DNA from: Squalus acanthias
Lineage: Eukaryota
Reading direction: 5' to 3'
Assembly (NCBI GenBank): GCA_030390025.1
Contig: CM059443.1
Coordinates: forward strand, 26,350,001-26,414,000
Length of the DNA stretch: 64,000 nt
A program made the translations under genes and the position numbers. Below the pieces are notes generated by a model that worked only from the letters and a program-made list of their open reading frames with translations, did no database searches and was not told the DNA's origin. Of this stretch, positions 22,931 to 35,534 are shown piece by piece. Each line of letters starts with the position of its first letter. Position 1 is the first letter of the stretch.

Positions 22931-23290
22931 GACCGAGCAGGATCGCGCTTCTCTGAGACAAATCTCTCTGCTCAGTAGATTTCCAAAACTGTGATTCAGC
23001 GATGGTTGCTGTTGCTGGTGATGTCAGCGGGGGATTATGGCTCCGCCTTTGCTGCTGATCGCTGCCAAACAGTTCCTGCATTTCAGACTCCCACCACACC
23101 CGGGCGTCGGCGTCACGTCTATCTGCTTAAATACCAAGACAAGTCCTGAGCCAAAGGCTTAAAGGAACAACTTCAGGAGAACAACGACCTCGCCGACTTT
23201 AAAGGAATTTACAATTTGTGCCGCTAACTAAAGGAACTTATTTTTGAAGTGAGGGCACTGCTAAGAATAAGAGCGATTTAACTAAAGCTG
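22925..23290 (+). other. MIDN: Predicted non-coding exon 1 of MIDN (start approximate)
   Basis: Lies downstream of the TATA box and ends at donor CTG|GTAAGC (23290/23291). Confidence 0.55.
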
Positions 23291-24639
23291 GTAAGCGATT
23301 AGATTGACAAACCTTTCATACGTAACCTGGGATTAAACGGAACACAGTCGCGTGAAACATTAATCTGGCAAATTCGCTAATAGTAAAGGTTTAAACAAGC
23401 ATTGGCGACTATAATCCAAAAAAACGGTGCACAAGAATAAATGGTCCTAATGTCATTGGTTAAAAACTCTGTATTTAGAAAAGCCGATCTGTTTAATGTG
23501 GTATGTACTATTTTACTGAGTTTTAATATACAGTACTGTGAGGATCTGGTTCCATAGCTTCTAGTTCTAGTTATCTCTGTTCTTACTGTACCAATAACTG
23601 GTGTGGGAATGGGCCCCAACTTTCCTATTTTATTGGCTTAACTCTTACGTGTTTTCTCTTTTCCCTACCCGCAAACGGTTGCTCCTTCTAGTAAGAAATG
23701 TACGAAAGTTTGAAGCATTTGATTTTGGTCCTTCGATAAATAATCCACCGCCGTTTATTTCGGTGAAGTAGTACCACAAATTGTCAGAAGGTAGCGCTGT
23801 TGCTCGTGTACTGAGTTCGTGGTATTTCTGTAAGATACCAACCCCCACAGCCCAGTGTGCTACAGCGATAATGCAAACGACATAGGCTTTCATCATTATC
23901 TTTATGGCACTAGCTAATAACTATGATGCACCGAGAAATAATTACTAGAATGCTTATAGTGTTGCTTCAATACAAACTATAAGGACTGTCGTTGCTATCC
24001 ATGAAGCTGGAGTCTCTAAACTGGGAGTATTCCGGCTGTTTAATGGTTAACCACAGTAGTGGGCTAGCATTTAAATAAAGCACTTCTAAATTAAATTAAA
24101 ATAAAGTCTGATCTAAATTCAGCGTTTTCTCTGAAACGGCTCGCGTCGGCAACATGCGGAACTACTACATTTTCGGTTTGCAAAATAGTGCGGTCGGTTC
24201 TTAAGTTTTTGGTGCATTTGTGAAATCTTATAGCTAATTGAGGGACAAAAAGATATTTTAATTTTATTTGCAAACATTGCCAATGCCGATGGAAATTGCA
24301 AGCTTAAGTTTTATTGCTGAAGAATTTGGGCTATAAATGCATCGACTTATTTCCTTTGGGGACTGGCACAAACACGTTTGATTCATTCTCAAGCACAATG
24401 CGTGGATATTGTGATTTTTGGGGGTTAAATATTTAAACGAAAATCGAGATATCAAACAGTCGATTCCTGATTGCAGCCCATCACCTGTGGTGGGGGAGGT
24501 GGACATCCCAAAATAGTGCCGGTTCTTTGTGAAATGCTTTTTGCGGAGTTCAAAAGGAATCTTAACAAAACGTTTGCACCTCTCAGAACATCAGGTTGAC
24601 CCTTTGTTTCTCTCGATTCATTGCGAATTTCAATTCAGG

Positions 24640-24882
24640 TACTGTGTGTGTGTGTGTGTGGGGAGGAGGGGGGGGAGGAAGGAACTCGGCTATTGTCACG
24701 TGGCAGGCGTCGCAGTCTTTTTTGAATGGTTGAAACTGACGAGTGGGCGTCCAGCATCGAGCGAGACGTCACAATGGAGTGGCGACCGATTGGCTGGTGC
24801 CGGGGAACAGGTGGATACTTTTGGGAAGGTTGAGGCGTCGGGGGGGCGCTGATTGGCTGACGCTGTGTTTTCTTTGTTGCAG
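24640..24882 (+). promoter_or_regulatory. Second regulatory cluster or alternative promoter at the end of intron 1
   Basis: (TG)n followed by a G-rich tract, E-box GTCACGTGG (~24695-24703), CRE-like GACGTCA (~24765-24771), two reverse CCAAT boxes GATTGG (~24788, ~24851), TGACG. Confidence 0.5.
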
Positions 24883-25234
24883 ACGTTCTGTGAGGATTAT
24901 TCTCCGGGGGATCGCGGTGGAGTCAGCCAGAGTCAGGCTGGTAGGCAGTCGGCAGGGCTGAGAGAGAGGCACGGCTTAGAGCTCTGGTCAAATCACTTGT
25001 GCTTTCTTTTTAAAAAAAACCTTGTCTGAGAGATCTTTCGAAGACAAAAAGGAACCCTCACACGGAGAAACCCAAACCTTCTATATCGCACACTTTTGGC
25101 CGTTAATCTTTCAGCAAGAGAGAGAGCGCCGGGATTGGCTTTCCATATTCTTTTAGCACACATAATATTGCATGATTCCTTTAAGTGTCTGAGGGACTTT
25201 ATTTTGTGACTCAAGACCGATCAAAGGTAATCGA
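24883..25234 (+). other. MIDN: 5' UTR part of MIDN exon 2
   Basis: Strong acceptor CTGAC..TGTGTTTTCTTTGTTGCAG|AC at 24882/24883, continuous with the ATG-bearing sequence. Confidence 0.6.
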
Positions 25235-25446
25235 ATGGACCATACAAGCACCAGGAGCTGCAGCCGAGCCCCAACTTGCGAGGCCCATCAAAACGAGCCT
25301 TCAATGCGTGTAGTCATCAATACAACGACCGGAGCCCAGTATGATCTTTCTGTTCCAGTAGACGAGACAGTGGAAGGACTCAAACGGAGGTTATCACAGC
25401 GTTTGAAGGTTGCTAAGGAGCGTCTAGTCCTCTTGCACAAAGAAAC
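25235..25446 (+). CDS. MIDN: Midnolin, coding exon 1 (start of ubiquitin-like domain)
   Basis: MDHTSTRSCSR...STTG-like NTTTGAQYDLSVPVDETVEGLKRRLSQRLKVAKERLVLLHKET; 212 nt; donor AC|GTACGT, phase 2. Confidence 0.96.
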
Positions 25447-25700
25447 GTACGTACACCCCTTTGTTCTGAGCAGACCTGCGAAACCCCAATCCGAATTTCT
25501 GTGACAGGTTTATGCGCCAAGCAGTCATTCATAATCCAGTATTACTTTGTTAGTTAATCGGTGTAAACTTTCCATTAGTATGTACTTTTGAACTCATTCG
25601 TGAAGCTTGTGGCATTTTACCGTATTTGTGCAATTACAAGATTATATGCAGGTGCATTTCTCAGCTATAGATTGTATCTTGTGCTTTTTAACTTTTTTAG

Positions 25701-25788
25701 GCGTTTAAATTCCGGAAAGCTACAGGACCACGGTATAACAGAAGGAAGTAAACTGACCCTTGTCCCTACTGTAGAGGCTGGACTCATG
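25701..25788 (+). CDS. MIDN: Midnolin, coding exon 2 (end of ubiquitin-like domain)
   Basis: TTTTTTAG|G acceptor; RLNSGKLQDHGITEGSKLTLVPTVEAGLM; 88 nt; donor ATG|GTAAGA. Confidence 0.97.
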
Positions 25789-25901
25789 GTAAGATCGACG
25801 TCTGATCTGGTTTATATAGAAATCGATGCATTCAATGTCTACCGTCTCATTTTAGAAGAGACTTGTGCTATAATGAATTCCTTTTTTTTTGTCTCCTCTA
25901 G

Positions 25902-25964
25902 TCTCAAGCTTCGCGTCCGGAGCAATCAGTGATGCAAGCTTTGGAAAGCTTAACGGAAACTCAG
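25902..25964 (+). CDS. MIDN: Midnolin, coding exon 3 (start of Catch1)
   Basis: CTCCTCTAG| acceptor; SQASRPEQSVMQALESLTETQ; 63 nt; donor CAG|GTAAGA; missing from the ORF track in this frame. Confidence 0.96.
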
Positions 25965-28900
25965 GTAAGAATTAAAGTCTACACCACAGTAAATGCAACA
26001 CGGTGATAGATAACCAGCTGATTGTTACGCATGATACAGTTATCGATATTTTATTGATGTCCTTATGAATATAATACTTTTTTTAAAAATCGTTTAATAA
26101 TTAAACGCAAATTTGCCATGCTGCCGGAGTTGTATTCCTGCTGCAGTGATCATTTGGACCTTGGACGCCGGACTATATATGGGAGTGAATTCATGCTTTT
26201 TAGTCCAATTCCACATTTAAAACAAACTAGATGCATTTATTAAAATTATGCGTGCATATTCCGATAATCTTACTGCTGTAGAATCATTTGTATGTTGTCA
26301 GTTACATAGTTACTATAGTGTGACCCTAATATCAATCGGGATTTTCCTGTCTAATTTAAATGTGTGAAGCACGCCGGATTCGGCTCCACCGGCCTAATGT
26401 TTTTTGCAACGCCGCTTTCCCCAAACTCCGAAAGCCCCAGACTCTATCCCTTTGTATTGTTCAGGGTGTGCGTGTTTCATGCAACACTTGGGAGTTCCTT
26501 GGCGACAGCTCAGTGTTTAATCTACACAGAGAATATTGTTCAGACCAAAGCTCCTCCCTCCCCCCAGTGACGACATTCAGACCTCCTACTGTAGCGTGAC
26601 CCGAGAGTGAAAAGCCTCTCTTTTGAAGGAGATTTTCTGAAGCGTGGAATTCACCTTTCACCTCCTAAATTCACCGGCTCCGTACATTTTTTTAAATCCT
26701 AATTACCACCATTGTTCTCCCTGATCTTTTTTGCAAAGGCACAACTAGAACTGCTCAATAATTCGCCTAGTTTCAGTCACCATTGTATATGACTTTTTTT
26801 CCATGCTTCTGACGGCCTTCAATGGTTAACTGCAGATAACTTTTTTTGCAGAGCATTCTAATTAAAGCGTGACCCAGCCGTTAAACTTGCTAATCCAGGG
26901 CAAGGCACTAGACTAAATGCAGCGCTTAACTTTTTGCGGCGCCGCTGCTCCTTTAAGGCTTCCTGCTTTGCTCGGGTGACGCTCATCGCCTTTTGCTTTG
27001 AAGTCATGTATGGTTTAAATGGACAAATGCTGATGGGAATCGTGACGCGCGGTGCTGCGCATACTTTCAGGCAACCCAGACAACTCGCTGGCAGGCAGCA
27101 GAAAGCGTCTGAGACATTTCTGAATGCTTAAAGCCGGTCCTTTGTCTCACGGTGGGTAAAAGGCCGCATCTAAGCCCAAGTGGCCAAGCGAGGCCCGCTG
27201 CCAGATCCGCAGTAAAAAGTTGGGTAGCAACCTTAACGTCACACAATGCATTGTACAAACAAAAAAAAAATATGCTGGCAAACGGAGCAGCCAATTCATA
27301 TAAAGCAGATCCGTGAGACACTGAGGATCAAATAAAGGTGTCTTTCATCTCCTGTCCATTCTTTTGGTTTGAATGCAATTGTTTTTTTTTGTGTTTGGGG
27401 GTTTCTAAGATGTAGCAGTACATGGAAACACATTTGGGAGCCCGCTGTAGATTTGTAAACTGCGAGAGCTTGTTTGAATTTAATTGGTGTACTATCAGAT
27501 CAGACTGAGGCACTCACCACTGACTTTCCAACATCCTGCGAATCAATTGTAATGTTTTATTTATACGTGTAATGAGGGTCCCCGGGGCTAGCTGATTAAC
27601 TCCTTCGCCCATATATAGTGTTAATAATGTAAAAAATCCAGTCACCTTTATTAGTATTGGATGTACATATGTGTATTTTACACATACTGGATGAAGGGCA
27701 CAGATTAAGCACCGATTCAGCAGCTTTATCATTCTGAGCTCGGCAGAATTTGTTGAAAAATTACTAAATATATTTTTTTTAAAAACCTGGTGTTCCATTG
27801 TTCATGTAACCAATACAGTGAGCTCCGTCCCTCCTGAAGCCCTTTGCTCAGAATGGTCTGGCATTGTAGATAAGCACACTGCCTTGGTTTCCTGGGGAGT
27901 ATGTATTTTTAAACTGGAAATCCTGTATTCTTTGCGATCGATCAGCCAAGTCAGGCTGATGGGGGTGGGGGGGTGGAGGAAATAATGGTTCTTGTAGTCA
28001 AACTGTTATCAGTAACTGCACCACGTGATCGTAACGATTGTATGAATAATACCCACTCAAAGTAGCTTTGTTCCAGGGCCGCAAGTATAAAGTGACCTCT
28101 TGATTTACTTTTTGCATAAACCTTGACTGGGCCCTATTATTCCAACTTGCTCGTGATCCTCGTTTAATCACATTCTTGTGTGTGTAATAGCTGCACTACC
28201 AGCTGCACTACCACCAGCCAATCTGGCGTCACCGCTTGTTCTTGCATTTCATGGAGCTCTGAGTCAAAAGAACATTAAATTCCGGGTAGAATTCCTTTAT
28301 CGCAACAAGCTGACAATTCCGCCTCCTCCACCCCCCCCACCCCCACCCCTCCTCCTCTCCCTTAGGGAAGGGCAGAAGTCCTGGAAATTCGTAATCCAGA
28401 ATAGCAGAGGCAGAACAATGACGTAGGTTATAGCTGCGTCACAGTTGACAAAACACACACTGTGTTGTCAAACATGTATGTGGAATAAGATAGCAAGTGC
28501 ATCTACTTTAAAACTGAATGGAAAAATAATCACCTCATACAAGGGATTATGCTGGCTCGCTGCAGTAGTATTGCTAGTTTCAGAATTTGCCAATATACAT
28601 ATTTAAAATGTCACCAGCTTTAAATACAATTTGACACTTTTTGGGGGGGATTATTAGTCGCTGCTTAGCCCCATCCAGGCAGTTGATGAGTGGCCCAAGG
28701 AGTGTCTAACCATGTCAATCTTCTGGTGCAAACGTAATTCAGGTTGTTTTGATGTGCCGTGTACATCACCATGATCAAATGGGAACCCGAGTGTCCTTAC
28801 TCAATCAAGAAATGACATCCAGTTCAGTTACAAATGAGAGCAGCCCAATTGAGTAAAAGAAAAAGTTAGGTGATTAATCATTCAGATTCAGTTACATTTC

Positions 28901-29656
28901 AATGCATTTGACTGGGGGGGACATCATTTTAAAGTATGTATTAAAATCGGAGCTTAGTATAAATGGATCAGCATATGAAAGTATAGTTAAGTACCCAATT
29001 ACACATAATCGTGTTCATCTGCAATTTTGTAAGCGCAAAGGTCCAGTTCATTAAACTAGTCCTTGAAATTTAGCACATGGCTGGTCTGGGGAGCTTTTTC
29101 TAATTTAAAATCTGATTTAAAAAAAAACAATCTTGTAAAGCTGCATTGTGAGTAGATCTTTTGCCTGACTAAACAGAACTCCCCCCTCCCCCCTAATCAC
29201 TATCAGCAGTTGTTTATTTTTTCATTTATTTCTCTTCCTGTAGAATGCAGGTTTTGCAGTTGACCGGAAAGACTATTCTGCCGAGAGCTGGTTTATTTTG
29301 AAAGCTGGTCAAACAAGCCTAATAGTTGCCCTGGTGCTGCCTCCACTGCAGTACACCAAGGACCAGCACAAAGTGTGTTAGTTTAAGGCTATGGGGAGTG
29401 GTTTACTTTTATTTTACAAAAAAGGAAGGGAAACTCTGACAGGCAAGTAAATAAACAAAAGAACAGAGCTACAGTGGTCAGTAAGCCTGATCAATGCTTC
29501 TGATTGAGCTACCAACTAATTTTTAAAATGTTGCATTTAAAAAAAAAAAATCTATTTCTCAAATTAATTGGCCAAAAACTTCAAGCAGTGACAATTGGTT
29601 TTTTAAAAATGAAAATCTGTTTCTGGTCCTAGGCAATTTTTCATATACTGTAAGGT

Positions 29657-29800
29657 GTACATAGAAACAGGAGTAGGCCATTCAGTCCCTCGAGCCTGTT
29701 CCACCATTCAGTTAGATCATAGCTGATCTGTATCTTGAACTCCATTTACCTGTCTTAGCTCCATATCCCTTGATGCTCTTGCCTAATAACAATCTGTATG
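29657..29800 (-). mobile_element. CR1 3' tail fragment
   Basis: CATAGAAACAGGAGTAGGCCATTCAGTCCCTCGAGCCTG, as at 18254. Confidence 0.75.
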
Positions 29801-29899
29801 TATGGTACCTTCACTACTAAGGCATTGTATTCATCTGTTTAGAAATGTAAATAGATAGTGCTTCTCCTTGAACATATATATATATATAAATTTGACATG

Positions 29900-30262
29900 G
29901 TTGACCACACCATCCAACGCCTCTCCTCCATTGTCCAGCTGGGTGGGACCGCCCCTCCCTATCTCTGTAACCTCCTCCAGCCTTGCAACCCTCCGAGATT
30001 GCTGTACTCCTCCAATTCTGGCCTCTTGCGCATCCTCGATTTTCATCGCTCCACCATTGACGGCCGTGCCTTCAGCTGCCTAGACCTTAACCTCTGGAAT
30101 TCGCTCTCTTCCCCCTTTAAGGCGCTCCTTAAAGCCTACCTCTGTGACTAAGCTTCCTGTCCTAATACCTCTTTACGTGGCTCAGTGTCAAATTTTGTTT
30201 AACGCTCCTGTGAATCGCCTTGGGTCATTTTACTACATTAAAGGCGCTATATAAATGCAATT
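29900..30262 (+). mobile_element. L2 LINE fragment with internal deletions
   Basis: FDMVDHTI motif joined to CCCCTCCCTATCTCTGTAACCTCCTCCAGCC...GGCGCTATATAAATGCAA. Confidence 0.8.
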
Positions 30263-33200
30263 TTTGTATATGCCATAAATTTGGTGTGACGCTTGTCACT
30301 GGCACTGGCTGACCATGTTGTGATTAGTATTAGAAATTAGTTCAGGTTAAGGCGTTACCAAGTATAGAGCTTAATCAAGAAATGCTTCTACCCGTAGGAA
30401 GATCCATTCTGCACACTACATTCATTTAATTAGACTCGAGGATATGATTTCATATCCAGTCTCTGGCCTTTTCAAACAACATAGATTTTTTTTTGTCTTC
30501 CTTCTTTTTGTGTCCACGGTGAGGATTATTTTTAGCAGCCAGAGTATGAATGAAAAATGAGTTTGTGCTGGTACGTGGGCTGCAGTTCTTTTCTTTCTTC
30601 AGCTAATGATGGCCAGGGAATAGAGCACTCAACTGAATCATGGCATTTAAAAAGAGATGCTGCATTTTAAATTGCTCACTAGGATGCAAGGTTAAAAGAG
30701 AGAGACACATACATGCACACACAAAATACTGATTTTCATACATCTAAAATGGCCATTGTTGGAAAAGCAGCAACAAAAACTGAGTGATGCAGTGATGTTT
30801 CTTTGTACGATGTTTGAGTACAAAGGAGATTTTAAACTGAATACTGAAGCCCTGACCTAGTTTAAATTGTGTCAAACTGAAAGAGCACAGCAGAAATGAG
30901 GACCTACTGTCCTACACTGTTAATCTTTATGCAGGAACCTTATTTTGCTTCTGATCCCCCCAGTTAAGGTTAGGTCATTGGAACCGCTACCTTTGGTTCA
31001 ATTGCTAATTAGTGTGTTCTATAGAATGGAGCTAAATTTTGAGTGTCTTTTGTTCTTTTGATATTATTCACTCCACCTTGCACTCTACTGCACACGTAAA
31101 CCATGCATTTTAATGCACGCTGGATGCTATAAATTTTAATTGAATTAACATCAAGCAAACCCAAAAAGCCCATTCACTCCTTTAAGGCTCTTGCTAGGAG
31201 CCATTGAAATGGTGGCATTGTATCCCTGCAGCTGAAGGGCTTTTGTAGCAATACATTTTTAGACCTCTTAAGGTATCTATATATGGTGGTGAGAGAGGCG
31301 CATGTGAAATTCTTTTGTTTTCATGCGGGGGCGAGTCTACATGCCTGATGGGTTTACATCTGAGGCGGATGGAGAATCTGCAGTCGTGACGCCTGAAAGT
31401 TTGATACTGCGCCTCTTTTGTGAGTGAAGTGGGTTGAGTCGTGACTGATTAGATTGCAGGGGACCACCTTCGAGATCCAATTAGCACTGGCCTGTGGTTG
31501 CGGTTTTTATTTTAATGCGGCTGGAAACAATGAGTGGGCTCACTATATGAATTCCAAGAAAATATTTTGAAGTGAGAGCAGCTTTCTGCTCCATTCAGAG
31601 TTGGAAAACAGCTCCTTTTTTAAATTTTTTGATTATGCTGTATTTATAACTAAATACCAGTACGACTTAGTTCTTTATTTTAGTATGTTGTTGCAATGCA
31701 GGTACTACTTTTATGGCACCTAACCCCTTGTTGGCTAATGTTTTGCATGCTGAAAAAAGACTAAAGGTTTGCAAATTAAGAGCGTACTGAAGAAAAATAC
31801 ACTGTAATATTTGGAGTTGAGATGGTCTTGTGTGTTGCGCAGTTGCATACAGATGAATGCTGCAATACAGTGGCTGCAAATGAGTTTCTGTGAACTGTGG
31901 GGACCTCTATAAATGGATCTGTCAGCAGTGAATTTTCAGAAGGCTGTAGTTTAGCAGACTTGTCGCTTTGTGACTGCAAATATATGCTTTTCAACTTTTT
32001 TTTTCAATTTGATTACTACTGGAGCAATTCACAGTCACAATAAGATGAGATCTGGACTGCAGTGGAGGTCTGTCTCACAACAGAAAATGCGGCAACACAG
32101 AAAATCTGTGTTTTAAATGTGTCGTTTGTGTTTTAATGGCTCCTGTGGCAAATGCATTTTGCCACTTTGCAACAAACGTTTCTGTTCATTCACCACGTCG
32201 CTCCCACAGTTAGATATTGGTGTGGATCGAAATATTGGTAGTGATTGTGCATATCTTCAGCAAAGTATTTGCACGCACCGTTCAAATGACCCCCAGCACA
32301 AAAGATCTACGCCAGCAATCCATTGTCAAAAAGATTTTGCTCCCATCAGCAGTTGTGAGCTTTCACTGCTGGCTGTGTGCTTGAGTAAGGAAAAGAAGCT
32401 TTAGTGTGGGCCTGCGACCAATTAAAAGCTGATTGTTGGCTTAACTAACCTGGTGGCTAATGGCTGTAACGTGACTGCAGTTACACGTGTGTGTGTGTGT
32501 GACAGGAGGGTCAAAGTCTGCATCTTAAATTTCAAAGAGACTTCAGTTAGTCTTTGGCAGCTGGTAGGTTGAAAAAGCCAAGATGGCTTTCAAAGATGCA
32601 GGGGGAGGTTAGACTGCATTCCTTATCAGCTTGCATTATACTGGTCTGGGATTTGTATAGCTCTGGTACATTACTTAATCAATACATTCCAGGGTACTTA
32701 AGTTTAGCAGCATGGTTAGAATTCTAAGTAGGCTTTTTCCCCTACTGAGAGATTTTGGGGGGGGGAGAAGGAGGCCCGAGAGCTGCAAATTCCACAGGCC
32801 TTTCCATAGAGCAGATGGGATGAGATTTATGATTTGATTTGCAGGGACTAGATGAGCGATGAGGTTGTAGCACATCTTTGTACCCTGCATGTTTAGTTAA
32901 GGTCAGGCCTTTTGGGTTCTGCAGCTCATCACAAACCTAGAAGTGGAATTAAATATTCTGAATGGAGAATGGAGACATTTGCACTTCAATCAGTGCTTAT
33001 TTTAGCAGTGCAGAAAGAAAAGGCTTCAGTTTTACTCTTTGTTCCTGAAATGGGAGGAAAGTTAACCTCTAAACACAACATGGGTAGTGTTTTTTTATTG
33101 ATTGTGATGCCTACAAACCTCTTTTTTTAGGCCATTTCTAGATTGTATGTTCCATGCAAATAATGTGCTTTAAAATAGAACCTTTGGATTAAAAAAAAAA

Positions 33201-35497
33201 GTGCCCAGATATCTGCATTTATATAATAATGAGTACTTGTCATGTCCCAGGACGGCAGCAAGATAGCATTTGAAATGTTTTTCCTTGCTGCCCAAACACT
33301 TTTTCAGTTCTGGATCTAGAGGACAGAGATCAGTGCAACGTCAGTTCACTTTGACTAATGTGATTTCTATTTCTGATATTCCAGCGTGATAGTGTCATTG
33401 CGCAAGGGCGTCAGTAGGTGGTGAATCAGTTTAAACTGTTTCAGTGCAATGAAACTTGGTAACACTTCCTGATGGTGCTCAGGCCAGGCACAAGTACTTC
33501 CATTAACATTACCTTTTTAATTTTCTTTTGTTTAGCAAACACCTCATCAAAAACTGAATTTGGGGGTATAATTTATCATAACTTGACTCATTTTTGTGCA
33601 GTTGACAATTAGGAAAGTGACACACATTTTCCATACAATTCTTTTAAAATTAAATGTGCTCCTAGTTTGCTCATCCAACCCCCTTGACACATCACTGAGT
33701 AAATCATTGTTTAATGATTTGGATGGGGGAGGGGTTGGGTTATCTTGTGGGGGTGGGGGGGGGGGGGAAACAATCTTCATTTTATCTGTTGCTGGAATAA
33801 AAGCAAGCGCTCTTTGTGTTCTGTCTTAATCTGTCCCCAGGCCTCTAACTCTGCTTGTAAAGATTAACCCCACCCCCACCTCATCTAAATTCTCACTCTT
33901 TCACTGACCTCATCTGCAGGGGTTTAACCACCCATTCAATGTCTCATTTCGAAATGGCATTCCCCATTCCACAAGGAGCGTTCAACTCTCCCTTACTTTG
34001 TTGGGTTGTCCTACTTAAACGTTGATGCCTTGGCTGTCGATTTCATGTTGCTTTTTGAAATTTAAAGCCAGCGCAGACATCCGATGGGATTTTAGATTCA
34101 TTTTTTAGTGTCCCTTCTGATTGTCTTACTTACCACTTATTTCCTGAAAGGATTGAATCGCACTAGGTTATGGTTCCACAGATGGCATTGGCCATTCTTC
34201 GTAGGTGAGCCAGGACTCTGGAGTGTCACCGACTGATTCCAGTGTTAGTCGCATCACCGCCAAGTCAGATCTGGGTTTCCTGTCTAATACATATTCAGTA
34301 GGGGTCACTGCATAATAATCGTTTTAGCTTGGAATACTGCAGCCAATTGTGAGGCCCTACCACTGCCCAGGCTGGGATTGTATAACAGCACAAGCCTGGG
34401 GGCTGAACCGGGATCTTCCCATATTACAAAGTGCTTTTATTCAATTCACAGCAATGTCCGATTTTACCCTTTTTGAGTGTTTGCAGCTTTAGTGAAAGCA
34501 GCCAATAAAGGAGGGGGGTGGGGGGGTTGCGTGGTTTGCTCTGATTTAGTGAATTTGGTTATGTGCAAGGAAAATGTGTCACACGCAGATTAAAATCTTT
34601 TTGCTTTTTCCACTTTTGAAGGGAACCCACCAAAAAAGATATTCGTGTTTTGACATTGGTAAAACTTAGCCACTGAGGGGCTTATTAGATAGCCTTTATA
34701 TATTTTGTAAAAAATCACTATGATTTATCATCAATCAATTTTCATGGTATAATAGTGAAAAATAGCTACATACAAACCAGTATTTAAGAGGGGCAGTTTA
34801 AAAAAAAAAATGAACAATTGCTTTAGTCATTGGGTCCAGACTAATGACATTTTGATAAATTATTTCTCCTTTACAGTGCTGGAAAACAAATATGTGGCTG
34901 TGATTGAATAATGCATTGCATGAAAGAAAGCAGGAGGGGAGGTTTTTTCAAGCAGCATTTGCCTTTTATTGAATGCTCGCTATGGTTAGGTAGATGTTTA
35001 CTGTGTCTGTGTACACCTAATTGAATTACTAGTGTATTTTGGTGGGTTCCCTACAAAGCTGGGATAAAGACCTTGGAGTGCAAATGTGTGGAAGATGTCT
35101 AACTAATGTTAAATTAGCACAGTTTGAGAAAACACACCTATTTGTTGCTTTCACTGAAACTGTATAACCTTGAACCATAGTTGTAAAAAAAAAAACCTGT
35201 GCAGTTAGGTGAAATGTATGAGGATAGAATTTCCATGGATTGTGTGGCTTTCCAACTCCGACCCTAATTTTCACAATTGACAATTGAAGTAATTGTTCAT
35301 TTCCCAGAACCTAGCAACTGTGTATATAAAAATATAAATATAAACAGGCCTGTCCCTATCATACAAAATTAAACCTTATTTTTGCATTCTATGCAGCCTC
35401 CTTGTGTGTGTTCCTAAATGGAAATAGATTGTAATAATTAAGAGTAGTTAAGAGAGCTAAGTCTAGTTTGGCCTTGTGTGTACAGCCTGTCTGAAAG

Positions 35498-35501
<4 letters not shown>

Positions 35502-35530
<29 letters not shown>
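35502..35530 (+). repeat. Poly(A)29 tract
   Basis: 29 consecutive A; no recognisable retroelement body upstream. Confidence 0.9.

Positions 35531-35534
<4 letters not shown>

Noticed and set aside
35502-35530. Poly(A)29 as the tail of a retrocopy
   Set aside because: No upstream poly(A) signal, recognisable body or target-site duplication.
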